Shown: positions 42,514-52,955, counted from the first letter of the stretch. The stretch is DNA of 64,000 nucleotides from Candidatus Omnitrophota bacterium (GCA_043823745.1 JBDRAN010000006.1:104176-168175), one strand, 5' to 3'. Program-made: numbers and translations. Notes: generated by a model from the letters alone, not told the origin.

Positions 42514-43299
42514 ATGAGGGGATTTTTCCACGAAATAATACAAAGCGTATCGCAATCAAGTTTTTACGGGCGCGTTAAAGATGGCAAGGTTACCCGCAGC
42601 GTGCGTTATATTTTCCTTTTCGTTTTCCTGCTTTCTTTTTTATTCACGGCCCGCACCTTGTATATAATCAACCAGGGCGTTGCGCAGGGGGTTGTCTGGG
42701 CCAAGAAAAATCTCCCTGTTGTTACTATCGAAAACGGCAGCGCCCGCGCCGATGTGGCGCAACCGTTCGTTAAAGAGATCGAGGAAAGCATTATCATTAT
42801 CGATACCACCGGAATAATTACGACGCTTTCCGACTATACGCAGGGATTATTATTAACAAAGCATGAGCTTATCTATAAAAAGAGTACAGGCGAAACGCGT
42901 ATGTACGACTTGCGAAGAGTCAAACGCTTTCGCTTAGACGAAGCGTATATGCGTAAGGCCCAGAAGCTTATCGTGATAATCGGGTTTCCGCTCATCTGGA
43001 TAATGCTTTTCCTGTATTACGGGTGCGCGCGTTTTGTACAAATATTATTTTTTAGCTTGTTTGCGTACGCGATCGCGGCGTTGCAAAAAATAGAGCTTAC
43101 CTATAGCCAGATTTTTAATATTTCAGTGTACGCGGCAACGTGCAGCATGCTTTTGGGAGCATGCGTAGGGCTGGTGGGTTTAAAAATCCCTTTTTTCTGG
43201 TTGGCATACGCGTGTGTTTATATTCTCTATCTTGCCAAAGCGCTCGGTAATATCAAACGAGGCGATTCCGTCGCCAACCCCGGGCAGGGTGGTCAATGA
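42514..43299 (+). CDS. DUF1189-like membrane protein
   Basis: N-terminal TM, soluble IENG..IIIDTTG loop, C-terminal TM cluster with LTYSQ...ISVYA.T. Confidence 0.65.
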   Translation: MRGFFHEIIQSVSQSSFYGRVKDGKVTRSVRYIFLFVFLLSFLFTARTLYIINQGVAQGVVWAKKNLPVVTIENGSARADVAQPFVKEIEESIIIIDTTGIITTLSDYTQGLLLTKHELIYKKSTGETRMYDLRRVKRFRLDEAYMRKAQKLIVIIGFPLIWIMLFLYYGCARFVQILFFSLFAYAIAALQKIELTYSQIFNISVYAATCSMLLGACVGLVGLKIPFFWLAYACVYILYLAKALGNIKRGDSVANPGQGGQ

Positions 43300-43970
43300 A
43301 TATGCGGTGGACTTCACTGATTGTAGCTCTTGATGCAGATAACCGACGCGATATCGAACGCGTTATAAGCGCGTTGAATCCCTGTGGGGTTAAATTTAAA
43401 ATTGGTTCGATCGCATTTACTAAATTTGGCCCCGATTTCGTTAAACGCTGCATCGCGCGCGGAAGCGATATTTTTCTTGATCTTAAGCTCTACGATATTC
43501 CCAACACCATGAAAGAAACCGCCGCGGTCATTACTGAAATGGGGTGTTGGGCCTTCACCGTGCATGCTCAAGCAGGCAGAGAGGCGCTTTGTGCGGTGCG
43601 CGCTGAGGTTGACCTTCGCGCCCGCGTACATAAAATACGTAAACCCCTTATTTTGGGAGTAACAAAACTTACGAGTAGTCATGCGAGCGCTCATGCAGTG
43701 CTTACGCTTGCCGATACTGCGGCCGCCTGCGGCCTCGATGGTGTTATTGCGTCGGCCAAAGAGGCTCACGCAATTAAGAAGAAATTTGGTAAATCCTTGC
43801 GCGTGGTTACCCCAGGGATTCGCAGCCCCCAGGATGATCGTCAAGATCAGAAACGGATCACGACCGCGCGCGCTGCATTTGCCGCCGGCGCAGATTATAT
43901 CGTGGTCGGCAGGCCGATTATCGCTAAAAAAAACCACCGTGACGCCGCGCGCGATATTCTGAGCACCTGA
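43296..43970 (+). CDS. pyrF: Orotidine-5'-phosphate decarboxylase
   Basis: LIVALD, FLDLKLYDIPNT, VTPGIR, DQKR, IVVGRPI. Confidence 0.96.
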   Translation: MNMRWTSLIVALDADNRRDIERVISALNPCGVKFKIGSIAFTKFGPDFVKRCIARGSDIFLDLKLYDIPNTMKETAAVITEMGCWAFTVHAQAGREALCAVRAEVDLRARVHKIRKPLILGVTKLTSSHASAHAVLTLADTAAACGLDGVIASAKEAHAIKKKFGKSLRVVTPGIRSPQDDRQDQKRITTARAAFAAGADYIVVGRPIIAKKNHRDAARDILST

Positions 43971-43991
43971 TATATTTCAAAACGCACGTTT

Positions 43992-44366
43992 ATGACGAAA
44001 GGATTTGTTTATTTTTCTCGTATCAATGCCTATTGGTATTGGGCAATCGGTTTGTTCTGTGTGGCAGCCGTAGCGGTTCATAGGATTTTTGGCGCCGGCT
44101 TTATCCTTGGAATCCTTGTTGCGGCAGGCAATGGGTTTCTTTTTTCCCGGTGTTATCGGCTTTTTTTTCAAGGCAAAAGGCTGGGTTTGGTGCTTATCAG
44201 TTCCGGGGTCCGTTACGGCGTTGTCGCAGCCGTTTTTTACGCCGCGGTTAAAAGCAATATGGTATTTTTTTACGGTGTTATTGCCGGTTTTGCGTTGTTG
44301 CAGACTGCTTTTTTCCTGGCGCAGCTATTTTTTTGGGGTAGATCCAGTCGCCACCCCAGCCCATGA
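43992..44366 (+). CDS. 4-TM membrane protein resembling ATP synthase protein I (AtpI)
   Basis: 124 aa; GFILG..V..GN.F.F, then S..RY.VV...F pattern. Confidence 0.5.
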   Translation: MTKGFVYFSRINAYWYWAIGLFCVAAVAVHRIFGAGFILGILVAAGNGFLFSRCYRLFFQGKRLGLVLISSGVRYGVVAAVFYAAVKSNMVFFYGVIAGFALLQTAFFLAQLFFWGRSSRHPSP

Positions 44367-44476
44367 GGAATTTTAGCGCCGGTGGTACACGTTTTTATAC
44401 GTCCCGTAAGTAAAAAAAGCATTGATTTTATTGTATGTTCATACAAACGCGCTTAAGGGATAAGTGTTAAAAATGA

Positions 44477-44505
44477 TTGAATTTATGCGCTTGATACATT
44501 ATAAT
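44477..44505 (+). promoter_or_regulatory. sigma70-type promoter of V-ATPase operon
   Basis: TTGAAT-17 bp-TATAAT. Confidence 0.65.
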
Positions 44506-44631
44506 TGATACTTACCGGTGGGCCGGTTTATATAAGGTGGACGTTTCAAAATTTCGCTCCTCGACATAACTTACGCGGTAGGCTCCCGCCGCGTTTCTGG
44601 CGCGTAGCGGAGTTTCATTCTCGGAGGTTTT

Positions 44632-45252
44632 ATGAGTCAGGATTTACAAGGTTTGATACAAAAGATTCAGCAAGAAGGCATCGAGGCGGCCCAAAAAAGC
44701 GCACGGCAGATCGAAGACCAAGCCCGTGAAAAAGCGCGCGCGATCATTAAGGTTGCTCAGAATGAGGCGTTAGCGCTTACTGCTGCTGCCCGGGAGGCCA
44801 TTGTCCGTGAACGGGCTAGCAGCGATGCAAACCTCGCGCACGCGGCCCGTAATACCGTGATCAGCTTGCGTCAGGAAATTACGGCGATTTTACACCGCCT
44901 TCTTACCCTCGATGTGCGTAAGGCTTTACGCCCCGAAGAGCTCGTTACCATTGTCGCAGCGCTTATTAACAGGTGCCCGCTTGCGCAGCAAGGCTCGGTT
45001 GTTGTTTCGCTTTCCAAAGATGATTGCGCTTATTTAGAGAGCAGCCTGTTTGGCGCGCTTGCCGAAGAAATGAAAACCAAGATTGTGCTTAAAACCTCGG
45101 ACGATATTGATGCCGGCTTTGTGATCAGTTTTGACGCAGGCAAATCGCATTTTGATTTTACCGACAAAGCGCTTACCGAATATATGAGCATATATCTTGA
45201 CCCGAAATTAAATCAAATCATGCGTGGGGACCTTTCCCAGCCGGCGAAGTAA
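44632..45252 (+). CDS. ntpE: V/A-type ATPase subunit E
   Basis: LQGLIQKIQQEGIE coiled coil; AGFVI..G..FDFTD; first in operon. Confidence 0.85.
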   Translation: MSQDLQGLIQKIQQEGIEAAQKSARQIEDQAREKARAIIKVAQNEALALTAAAREAIVRERASSDANLAHAARNTVISLRQEITAILHRLLTLDVRKALRPEELVTIVAALINRCPLAQQGSVVVSLSKDDCAYLESSLFGALAEEMKTKIVLKTSDDIDAGFVISFDAGKSHFDFTDKALTEYMSIYLDPKLNQIMRGDLSQPAK

Positions 45253-45256
45253 ATTC

Positions 45257-45787
45257 ATGGCGAATTCCTATATATATCTCGTGGCAAGTTTGCCGATGCT
45301 TCATTTCGGAGCAAAACCGCCGTTTTCCTTTGAGCGGTTTCTTGAGCTTTGTTCCGGCTTGGTGAGTGAACCGGACAAAGAGCTTCTTGAGCGCTCACGG
45401 AGCCTTGAAGTATTTCCCAGCGCTTCATCGGGCCTGTCGGCCTTTCGCGCTTGGCTATCGTTCGAGACCGCCCTGCGCAATGAGCTCATCAAGATTCGCG
45501 CAAGCCGTATACATAGCGATGCCCAGCGGTATCTGCGTCAGGATGTTTCATCAGAAGTTTCTTTGACTCACATCGCGCTCGCGGCTCACCGCAACCCCTC
45601 GATGGTAGAAGCAGAAAAGTTTCTTGACCAGCAGCGCTGGCAAAAACTAGAAGAGATAGCCTGGGGCCATTATTTTGACATGGTTGTGCTGGTGAGCTAC
45701 GCTCAGAGGCTATTGATACTGGAGCGTTGGGAACGCATACGTAACGCTCATGCATCAGAACTCCTCGAGGAGGCGCTTACGCGCTGA
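45257..45787 (+). CDS. V/A-type ATPase subunit C-like (DUF2764)
   Basis: YIYLVASLP.L, W..FE..LRNEL..R, E..LD..RW..L, HYFD. Confidence 0.85.
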   Translation: MANSYIYLVASLPMLHFGAKPPFSFERFLELCSGLVSEPDKELLERSRSLEVFPSASSGLSAFRAWLSFETALRNELIKIRASRIHSDAQRYLRQDVSSEVSLTHIALAAHRNPSMVEAEKFLDQQRWQKLEEIAWGHYFDMVVLVSYAQRLLILERWERIRNAHASELLEEALTR

Positions 45788-45810
45788 AGGATTATTACGA
45801 TTTGATTACC

Positions 45811-47553
45811 ATGCCAAAACGAACCGGTCATATTATTCGTATTAACGCAAACATGGTTGCGGTAGCGACCTCGGGTATCGTTATTCAGAACGAGGTCGCC
45901 CACATCGTATCCGACGACGCGCGCCTTAAGGCTGAAGTTATCCGCGTGCGTAACAATGTTGCTGAAATGCAGGTATTTGAGAGCACGCAGGGCTTACGCG
46001 TGGGCCAAGAAGTTATCTTTAGCGGGGAGCTGCTGTCGGTTGAGCTTGGCCCGGGGCTCTTGGGCCAGATCTTTGACGGCCTGCAAAATCCGCTGCCTCA
46101 GTTAGCGGAAGCCTGCGGATTTTTCTTAAAGCGGGGAGTTTACCTGCACGCGTTACCGGAGGAGGCCCGCTGGGATTTTACGCCGCTGGTTGCCGCCGGC
46201 GACCCCGTTAGGCCGGGCAGCAAGCTTGGATTTGTGCAGGAGAAACTTTTTAAACACGCGATCATGGTCCCCTTTGGGTTCCCGCAAGACTTGGAAGTAA
46301 CGAGTATTGTTCAACGCGGAAGCTATGATTTAAAACACGGTATCGCCACCCTTAAAGATGCCAACGGGAAATCGTACGAATGTTTTTTACGTCAATCGTG
46401 GCCGGTTAAAATCCCGATAACGGCGTACGCAGAAAAATTAAAACCTCATGAACCGATGATTACCAAGATGCGTGTGATCGACTCACTTTTTCCCGTGGCC
46501 CGCGGCGGAACCTATTGTATCCCCGGCCCGTTTGGCGCGGGTAAGACGGTTCTTCAACAGCTGACCAGCCGTCATGCGGATGTTGACGTGGTTGTTATCG
46601 CCGCCTGCGGCGAGCGCGCCGGAGAAGTAGTCGAGACTTTAAAAACGTTTCCGGAGATCATCGATCCACGCACGAAGCGCCCCTTGCTTGACCGCACGAT
46701 TATTATTTGCAATACGAGCTCCATGCCGGTTGCCGCGCGCGAATCAAGCGTTTATACTGCGGTAACGATCTCCGAATATTATCGGCAAATGGGGCTTCAT
46801 GTTTTATTGCTGGCTGATTCTACCAGCCGCTGGGCCCAGGCAACGCGCGAGATGTCAGGAAGGCTTGAGGAGATCCCGGGTGAAGAGGCGTTTCCGGCGT
46901 ACCTCGAATCTCGTATCGCTTCCTTTTATGAACGTGCCGGCTTGGTGAGATTATATGACGGAGAGGTCGGTTCCATCACGATCGGCGGGACGGTCAGCCC
47001 CGCCGGGGGGAATTTCGAAGAACCGGTGACTCAGGCAACCTTAAAAGTTGTGGGAGCGTTCCATGGTTTGAGTCGCGAGCGTTCAAACGCGCGCCGATAT
47101 CCTGCAATTGACCCTTTGATCAGTTGGAGTAAATATCCGGGGTTTATCGCGTCGGAAAAAACCAGCCGAGGCCATCGTGCCTTACGCACGAGCTCCGATG
47201 TCGCTCAGATGATGAAAGTAATCGGCGAAGAAGGAACGGCGCTTGCTGATTATGTTGATTATCTTAAGGGAGAATTTTTTGATTTTGTTTATTTGCAGCA
47301 GAACGCGTTTGATGTGATTGACGAAGCGACTTCCCGTGAGCGTCAGCAATATGTATTTGATTTTATCGATACGATTTTAGAAGCTCAGTTTGACTTTTCC
47401 GATAAGGAAGCGGCATTACGATTTTTTCAGTCTCTGCGCCAATTGTTCCGAGGTCTCAATTCAGCAGAGTTTGCGAGTCAAGAGTTTAAGGGTATCGAAC
47501 GGGAGATCAGCGTTGCGGTCGATGCCAAGCGTGTAACGGAAAAACATGCATAA
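45811..47553 (+). CDS. ntpA: V/A-type ATPase subunit A
   Basis: [44 protein letters not shown]. Confidence 0.97.
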   Translation: MPKRTGHIIRINANMVAVATSGIVIQNEVAHIVSDDARLKAEVIRVRNNVAEMQVFESTQGLRVGQEVIFSGELLSVELGPGLLGQIFDGLQNPLPQLAEACGFFLKRGVYLHALPEEARWDFTPLVAAGDPVRPGSKLGFVQEKLFKHAIMVPFGFPQDLEVTSIVQRGSYDLKHGIATLKDANGKSYECFLRQSWPVKIPITAYAEKLKPHEPMITKMRVIDSLFPVARGGTYCIPGPFGAGKTVLQQLTSRHADVDVVVIAACGERAGEVVETLKTFPEIIDPRTKRPLLDRTIIICNTSSMPVAARESSVYTAVTISEYYRQMGLHVLLLADSTSRWAQATREMSGRLEEIPGEEAFPAYLESRIASFYERAGLVRLYDGEVGSITIGGTVSPAGGNFEEPVTQATLKVVGAFHGLSRERSNARRYPAIDPLISWSKYPGFIASEKTSRGHRALRTSSDVAQMMKVIGEEGTALADYVDYLKGEFFDFVYLQQNAFDVIDEATSRERQQYVFDFIDTILEAQFDFSDKEAALRFFQSLRQLFRGLNSAEFASQEFKGIEREISVAVDAKRVTEKHA

Positions 47554-48841
47554 GGTCTATACAAATATTGTCGAGATCGCCGGCGATGTGATCACGGTCG
47601 TGGCTGAGGGTGTCGGGTATCTTGATATCGCTCAAATAACGACAAGCCGGGGAACTTCCCTCGCGCAGGTTATTCGTATCAATAAGGATAGGGTGTATCT
47701 GCAGGTTTTTGCCGGTAGTCGTGGAATCTCTACCGGCGACCGCGTCCGTTTTCTGGGGCATCCGATGCGTTGCCCCAGCGGCGAAGATCTCCTGGGACGA
47801 ATCTTTAACGGCAGCGGTCTGCCACTTGATAATGGGCCGCATCTTGATGAAAGCATGATCGAAATCGGCGGGCCGTCGGTTAATCCCGTCAAACGTATTG
47901 TTCCTAACAAAATGATACGCACCGGCCTTCCGATGATCGATGTATTCAATTCTCTGGTCGAGTCTCAGAAGCTGCCGATTTTCTCCATTGCCGGAGAGCC
48001 CTATAATGAGTTACTCGCGCGCATCGCCATGCAGGCAGAAATCGATATTATTATTTTAGGAGGCATGGGTTTAAAATATGACGATTATCTTTTCTTTCGC
48101 GATACGTTAAAAGAACACGGCTCGCTTTCGCGTTCTATTTTCTTTATCCATACCGCGTCAGATCCGACGGTTGAGTGCCTGCTTGTTCCGGACATAAGCC
48201 TTGCGGTTGCCGAGCACTTTGCGCTCGGAGGCAAACGCGTGCTGGTGTTACTTACCGATATGACTAATTTTGCCGACGCGCTCAAGGAGGTTTCGATTAC
48301 CATGGAGCAGGTACCTTCTAACCGAGGGTACCCCGGCGATCTCTATAGTCAGCTCGCCGCCCGTTACGAAAAAGCGGTTGATTTTGATACCGCCGGCTCC
48401 ATCACGATCCTTGCGGTGACAACCATGCCCGGCGATGACGTGACGCATCCGGTCCCGGACAATACCGGATATATTACCGAAGGCCAATTTTATTTAAAAG
48501 GCGGCGTGATAGAACCTTTTGGCTCACTCAGCCGTCTCAAACAACAGGTCAATGGTGCTACGCGTGACGATCATCGCACGATTATGGACACGATGATTCA
48601 GCTCTTTGCTCATTACCGGGAGACACTCGAAAAACAATCAATGGGGTTTCAGATGAGCCCGTGGGACAAAAAACTTCTTTCCTACGGACATCTTTTTGAG
48701 AAACATATGATGTCGCTTGCCGTCAATACTCCGCTTGAGCGCGCGCTTGATCTCGGATGGCAGATCATGCAACAATGCTTTGCTCCCGAAGAAACAGGCA
48801 TTAAGAAATCGATGATCGAGAAATACTGGCCCAAAACGTAA
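47546..48841 (+). CDS. ntpB: V/A-type ATPase subunit B
   Basis: [42 protein letters not shown]. Confidence 0.97.
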   Translation: MHKVYTNIVEIAGDVITVVAEGVGYLDIAQITTSRGTSLAQVIRINKDRVYLQVFAGSRGISTGDRVRFLGHPMRCPSGEDLLGRIFNGSGLPLDNGPHLDESMIEIGGPSVNPVKRIVPNKMIRTGLPMIDVFNSLVESQKLPIFSIAGEPYNELLARIAMQAEIDIIILGGMGLKYDDYLFFRDTLKEHGSLSRSIFFIHTASDPTVECLLVPDISLAVAEHFALGGKRVLVLLTDMTNFADALKEVSITMEQVPSNRGYPGDLYSQLAARYEKAVDFDTAGSITILAVTTMPGDDVTHPVPDNTGYITEGQFYLKGGVIEPFGSLSRLKQQVNGATRDDHRTIMDTMIQLFAHYRETLEKQSMGFQMSPWDKKLLSYGHLFEKHMMSLAVNTPLERALDLGWQIMQQCFAPEETGIKKSMIEKYWPKT

Positions 48842-48852
48842 TAATTGAAGAT

Positions 48853-49017
48853 GAAATCTCAAGCCACAAATCCCAAATCCCAAATTCCAAATAAATTCCA
48901 ATTATCAAATCTCAATGACCAAAATTTTTCTGTTTGGATAATTAGAATTTTCCGCCCACGGCAGACCCGTCTCTCGGTGATACCTGCGGCGGCGCTGGTA
49001 TTTGGAGCCAGGAATTT
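48853..49017. repeat. Heptamer array (AAATCCC family) with degenerate, interrupted inverted arm
   Basis: AAATCTC AAGCCAC AAATCCC AAATCCC AAATTCC ... AATTATC AAATCTC AATGACC; right side TTTGGATAATTAGAATTT ... TGGTATTTGGAGCCAGGAATTT. Confidence 0.75.
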
Positions 49018-49025
49018 ATAAAAGT

Positions 49026-49643
49026 ATGGCAAAGGTAAAACTGACAAAAGGGGAATTAAAAAAGCAACGAGATGCCCTGCGTCAGTACCAGCGCTATCTA
49101 CCCACGTTACAACTTAAAAAACAGCAGTTACAAGTAGAAATTCTTCGTCAGACCGCGCTTCTTTCTGAGCGCGACCGCGCGTTGCAGGAGAAAAAGAGCG
49201 CAGCGGGGGCCTGGAGCGCTTTGCTTGCCGAAGCGCCGCAGGCCACTTTTAAGGGGTTATCGCGCCGCACGACGGTACGCGGTACGCGGAACATTGCCGG
49301 CGTGGATATTCCGGAATTCGTGCGCGTCGAATTCGAAGCAATTACCTACGATCTTTTTACCACGCCGCTCTGGGTTGATCACGCGATCGAAGCATTAAAA
49401 ACCATAATCGCGCTGCGTGAGGAAAGAGCGATACTCCAGCATGGCGTGGATGCGCTTCGGACAGAGCTGCACGTTACCGCGCAACGCGTTAATCTTTTTG
49501 AGAAAGTAAAGATTCCCGAGGCAGAAGAAGACATACGGTTGATTAAAATTTATATCGGCGATCAGATGGCTAACGCCGTCGGCCGCAGCAAGATGGCAAA
49601 ACGAAAAATTGAAGAGTACGCGCGTATGGAGCAGATGGCATGA
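49026..49643 (+). CDS. ntpD: V/A-type ATPase subunit D
   Basis: LTKGELK, RYLPTLQLKKQQL, NIAGV.IP, QRVNLFEKVKIP. Confidence 0.95.
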   Translation: MAKVKLTKGELKKQRDALRQYQRYLPTLQLKKQQLQVEILRQTALLSERDRALQEKKSAAGAWSALLAEAPQATFKGLSRRTTVRGTRNIAGVDIPEFVRVEFEAITYDLFTTPLWVDHAIEALKTIIALREERAILQHGVDALRTELHVTAQRVNLFEKVKIPEAEEDIRLIKIYIGDQMANAVGRSKMAKRKIEEYARMEQMA

Positions 49644-51403
49644 TTGTGCCGATGAAAAAAATCGCGGTGATTCTTGAGGCAAAAGATGCGCACCGGGCGC
49701 TCGGCACACTGCGGTCGTTAGGCATTCTGCATGTCGAATATCTGCGTCCCCCGGCGAGCAGCCAAACAGCGAGTCTCCAGCAAGACTACGCCTTACTGAG
49801 CGAGGCGATCGCGATTCTGGGCGCCCCCGAATTTAAGGATGTATCAGCCGATGCATCCACCAAACCTTACGACTGGAAAGCCTGCGCGCGCCGAATCATT
49901 GATTCATACAAACGTCTTGATCAGCTCAATGAATATCTGGTGACGATGAGGCAGCGGATTGTTGAGTGGGAGCCGTGGGGCGATTTTGATCCCGCGGCGC
50001 TTGTGGCACTTACTCAACACGGTATTGTGGTAAAGCTGTATCAGATTCCGCGCGCTGAAATCAAAAATATCCCCCCGGCAATTATCGTAAAAGAAATCTG
50101 CGTCCGCGAGAAACGGGTGCATTGTGCCTTGATAAACCGCGAAAAGGTCGAGGTTCCTTTTAAAGAGGTTATGCCTTCGAAAATGAGCCTTGCGGCAATG
50201 CGCGAGCGTCTGAACCATGATCAACGGACTATTGCTACCATACGAAAGGATATTGCGCGGCATACGGTGCTTCGTGCGCGCTTGCAAGATACGCGCGCGG
50301 CCATTGTCCATGAATTAGAGTTCCAGAAGGCCCTGGTCGGCATGGGCCAGGAGGGGGCGTTGAGCTATATAACAGGCTATATTCCGTTCGATACCGTGGG
50401 GAAACTTAAAGAGGCATCACGGATCCATCAATGGGCACTTTCGGTAAGCGATCCCGGGTCAGAAGACGCGGTACCCACGCTGATTCGCAACCCCCGCTGG
50501 GTTTCTCTGATTGAGCCGATATTTAAGCTTATTGAAGTCACCCCAGGCTATCGGGAGCTTGATATCAGCATTTGGTTTTTGATCTTTTTCTCGATATTCT
50601 TCGGCATGCTTATCGGCGACGCCGGCGTTGGCCTTGTTTTCATGATTTTGACCGCTTTTTTTCAGCGAAAAGCAGCCCGCAAAGGCGTCAAAACCCCTAT
50701 TTTTATTCTTTTCCATATTTTGAGTTTATGTGCTATTATATGGGGAGTTTTGACCGGGACCTTTTTCGGTCAAGTATGGCTTCCTGTCTGGATAAAGCCA
50801 CTGGTGCCGGCGCTACGAAACGAAAGAAATGTGCAAGTTCTCTGTTTTTTTCTAGGGGCTACGCATTTAACGATAGCTCATTTGTGGCGTGCTGTTTTAA
50901 AGTTTCCGGCCCTTCGGGCGTTCGCCGACGTCGGCTGGATTATTATCCTGTGGGTTGGTTTTTTTCTGGCAAAGGCGTTGGTTCTAGGAGATGCCTTCCC
51001 GGCGTTTGGGCTTTGGTTTTTTATTTCCGGAGCAGTATTGGTTATTACCTGCGCTGACCCTCAAAAAAATATTCTTAAAGGTTTAGCCAACGGTTTTGGC
51101 GGTTTTCTTTTGAGCGTTGTCAATAGCTTTACGGACGTCGTCTCGTATATACGACTTTTTGCAGTCGGGCTTGCTTCAGTCGCCGTTGCCGACGCGTTTA
51201 TGCTTATGGCCTTGGAGATAGGCCATAAAAATATATTTTCTACCATTGCCATGAGCGTTGTGCTTATTGCCGGACAGGCGCTCAATGTGGTGCTCGGGCC
51301 GATGGCGGTCTTGGTACATGGCGTGCGTCTTAATGTGCTTGAGTTTTGCGGTCATGTGGATGTAAAGTGGAGCGGTTTTGAATATAAGCCGTTGGCTGAA
51401 TAA
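49640..51403 (+). CDS. ntpI: V/A-type ATPase subunit I (a)
   Basis: MIVPMKK, PGYRELD, GMLIGDAG, DVVSYIRLFAVGLA, VHGVRLNVLEF. Confidence 0.95.
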   Translation: MIVPMKKIAVILEAKDAHRALGTLRSLGILHVEYLRPPASSQTASLQQDYALLSEAIAILGAPEFKDVSADASTKPYDWKACARRIIDSYKRLDQLNEYLVTMRQRIVEWEPWGDFDPAALVALTQHGIVVKLYQIPRAEIKNIPPAIIVKEICVREKRVHCALINREKVEVPFKEVMPSKMSLAAMRERLNHDQRTIATIRKDIARHTVLRARLQDTRAAIVHELEFQKALVGMGQEGALSYITGYIPFDTVGKLKEASRIHQWALSVSDPGSEDAVPTLIRNPRWVSLIEPIFKLIEVTPGYRELDISIWFLIFFSIFFGMLIGDAGVGLVFMILTAFFQRKAARKGVKTPIFILFHILSLCAIIWGVLTGTFFGQVWLPVWIKPLVPALRNERNVQVLCFFLGATHLTIAHLWRAVLKFPALRAFADVGWIIILWVGFFLAKALVLGDAFPAFGLWFFISGAVLVITCADPQKNILKGLANGFGGFLLSVVNSFTDVVSYIRLFAVGLASVAVADAFMLMALEIGHKNIFSTIAMSVVLIAGQALNVVLGPMAVLVHGVRLNVLEFCGHVDVKWSGFEYKPLAE

Positions 51404-51440
51404 AAAAGAGCGCTTGTTCCGTTAAAAAAGGAGAAAGGCG

Positions 51441-51899
51441 ATGGATGCAAATACGTTAATGCAATTCAAAGATTTAGGATTGGGTTCAGTGCTTGGTTTT
51501 GCCGCCATGGGCTCAGCCTGGGGCGCTGGTGTCGCCGGTATGGCTGCAATTGGAGCATGGAAAAAATGTTTCGCTCAGAATAAGGCCGCCCCCTTCATGA
51601 TACTTGCGTTTGTCGGCGCCCCCTTGACGCAAACGGTGTATGGCATGATTGTCATGAATAAAATGGCTGAACTTGCCATGCGCGGACAATATCTCTGGGG
51701 TATCGGGATTTTCTTTGGAATCGCCATGGGGCTTTCGGCGCTCTGGCAGGGTAGGGCCGGTGCCGCAGCCGCCGATGCGATGGGAGAGACCGGCAAGGGG
51801 TTTGGCAACTATATTATCGTGCTTGGTGTTATTGAAACCGTCGCGCTCTTTGTGATGGGGTTTTGTTTTGGGCTCTTGGGTAAGCTCGCTGCAGCGTAA
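51441..51899 (+). CDS. ntpK: V/A-type ATPase proteolipid subunit K (4 TM)
   Basis: AMGSA.G.G.AG.AAIG, PLTQTVYG, SALWQG, G.IETVALF. Confidence 0.95.
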   Translation: MDANTLMQFKDLGLGSVLGFAAMGSAWGAGVAGMAAIGAWKKCFAQNKAAPFMILAFVGAPLTQTVYGMIVMNKMAELAMRGQYLWGIGIFFGIAMGLSALWQGRAGAAAADAMGETGKGFGNYIIVLGVIETVALFVMGFCFGLLGKLAAA

Positions 51900-51955
51900 C
51901 GGGCGCTTAACGGGGAGCATACGTAATTGGTCGATAGTGCAATAAAATTTTTTTT

Positions 51956-52030
51956 GGGCGGTTGGCGCAGCGGAAGCGCATCTCGCTTACACCGAGGGGG
52001 TCACAGGTTCGAATCCTGTACCGCCCACCA
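51956..52030 (+). tRNA. tRNA-Val(TAC)
   Basis: Acceptor GGGCGGT/ACCGCCC then ACCA; anticodon loop CT TAC AC; ACAGG-TTCGAAT-CCTGT. Confidence 0.96.
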
Positions 52031-52143
52031 TTTTTGTCTGTAATGTAAATTTAGCAAAAACGGTGAGGTCTCGCCCGCCCTAAAGGGCGAGGCGGACCCA
52101 TTTCAACTCTTAGCTCATAAGGCCATAAGACGTAAAGAAGCAA

Positions 52144-52172
52144 ATACGGATTCCGTATATTAATTGTTAGAT
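52144..52172 (+). mobile_element. Putative attI-like integron site
   Basis: Palindrome ATACGGA-T-TCCGTAT, then core GTTAGAT at 52166-52172; no attC hairpin upstream. Confidence 0.5.
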
Positions 52173-52196
52173 GAAATATTAAAATAAAAAGGGGAG

Positions 52197-52877
52197 ATGT
52201 TTATATTTTGGGTTATTGTCATTCTTGTAGTTATTGGGCTCGGTATGGAATCAGTATTGAGTTATAAAAAGAAAATAGAAGCGATCAATAACTTGCTTAT
52301 GCTCCTTCGAATTACATACAACGGGGAGATTTTTAAAAATAATTTTAAAGTTGATACTACAGCGGTTAGTGCTTTCTACCCGGCATTAAAATTTAGTCTA
52401 GAAAATGCGCAAGCCTATCTTCTTATGGATACAAACAGCATGGAATTCATCGTTGAATCCTCAGCACTGAATTCTTATGCAGAGATATGGTTTGAAGAAG
52501 GCCCTGTTTTAATTGCCAATCCACCTAAAACAGATAACCCCCGTTTTGATAAGTTATTTAAATTATGGAAAGCTCCTAGAGACAAAATAAAGCTGCATTC
52601 AATTCTTACTCCAGAACTGCAAGAGAAAATTGTTCAATTAAAAAACGAAGTTACCAAAGAAGTGCAAAATGTTTACTTAAAGGGGCTCCATTCAAAACAG
52701 CATGGCGGTGGAAAGACCGACCGTTTTACGATCAGAATTAGCAGTTCTCAGATATATGGCGGCGTATTGATGGGAATGGGAAAGCTTCAACCGAGAGACA
52801 TTACAATTTATAAAACAATTTTAGATAAATGTATTGATATATATAAAACTTTTGTAGAAGCGGGCAGGAATAATTAA
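52197..52877 (+). CDS. Integron cassette ORF: N-terminally anchored hypothetical protein
   Basis: AT-rich; RBS AGGGGAG; single N-terminal TM; lies between GTTAGAT and attC. Confidence 0.75.
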   Translation: MFIFWVIVILVVIGLGMESVLSYKKKIEAINNLLMLLRITYNGEIFKNNFKVDTTAVSAFYPALKFSLENAQAYLLMDTNSMEFIVESSALNSYAEIWFEEGPVLIANPPKTDNPRFDKLFKLWKAPRDKIKLHSILTPELQEKIVQLKNEVTKEVQNVYLKGLHSKQHGGGKTDRFTIRISSSQIYGGVLMGMGKLQPRDITIYKTILDKCIDIYKTFVEAGRNN

Positions 52878-52882
52878 AAAAC

Positions 52883-52955
52883 ATCTAACAACTCAATCCA
52901 CCGGGCTGTATTCGCGGCTCCGCCGCTCATCCAGCCGGTGATTTTTGTGTTAGAC
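52883..52955 (+). mobile_element. attC: Integron attC site (73 bp)
   Basis: R'' ATCTAAC; L'' AATCCACCGG and L' CCGGTGATT with one extrahelical base; R' GTTAGAC; 5 nt after the ORF stop. Confidence 0.88.

Noticed and set aside
48859-49047. Minus-strand ORF ending WNLFGIWDLGF
   Set aside because: Translation artefact of the AAATCCC heptamer array.
10373-52165. Integrase or transposase for the islet and cassette
   Set aside because: No ORF with tyrosine-recombinase, DDE or HUH motifs was recognised anywhere in the window.
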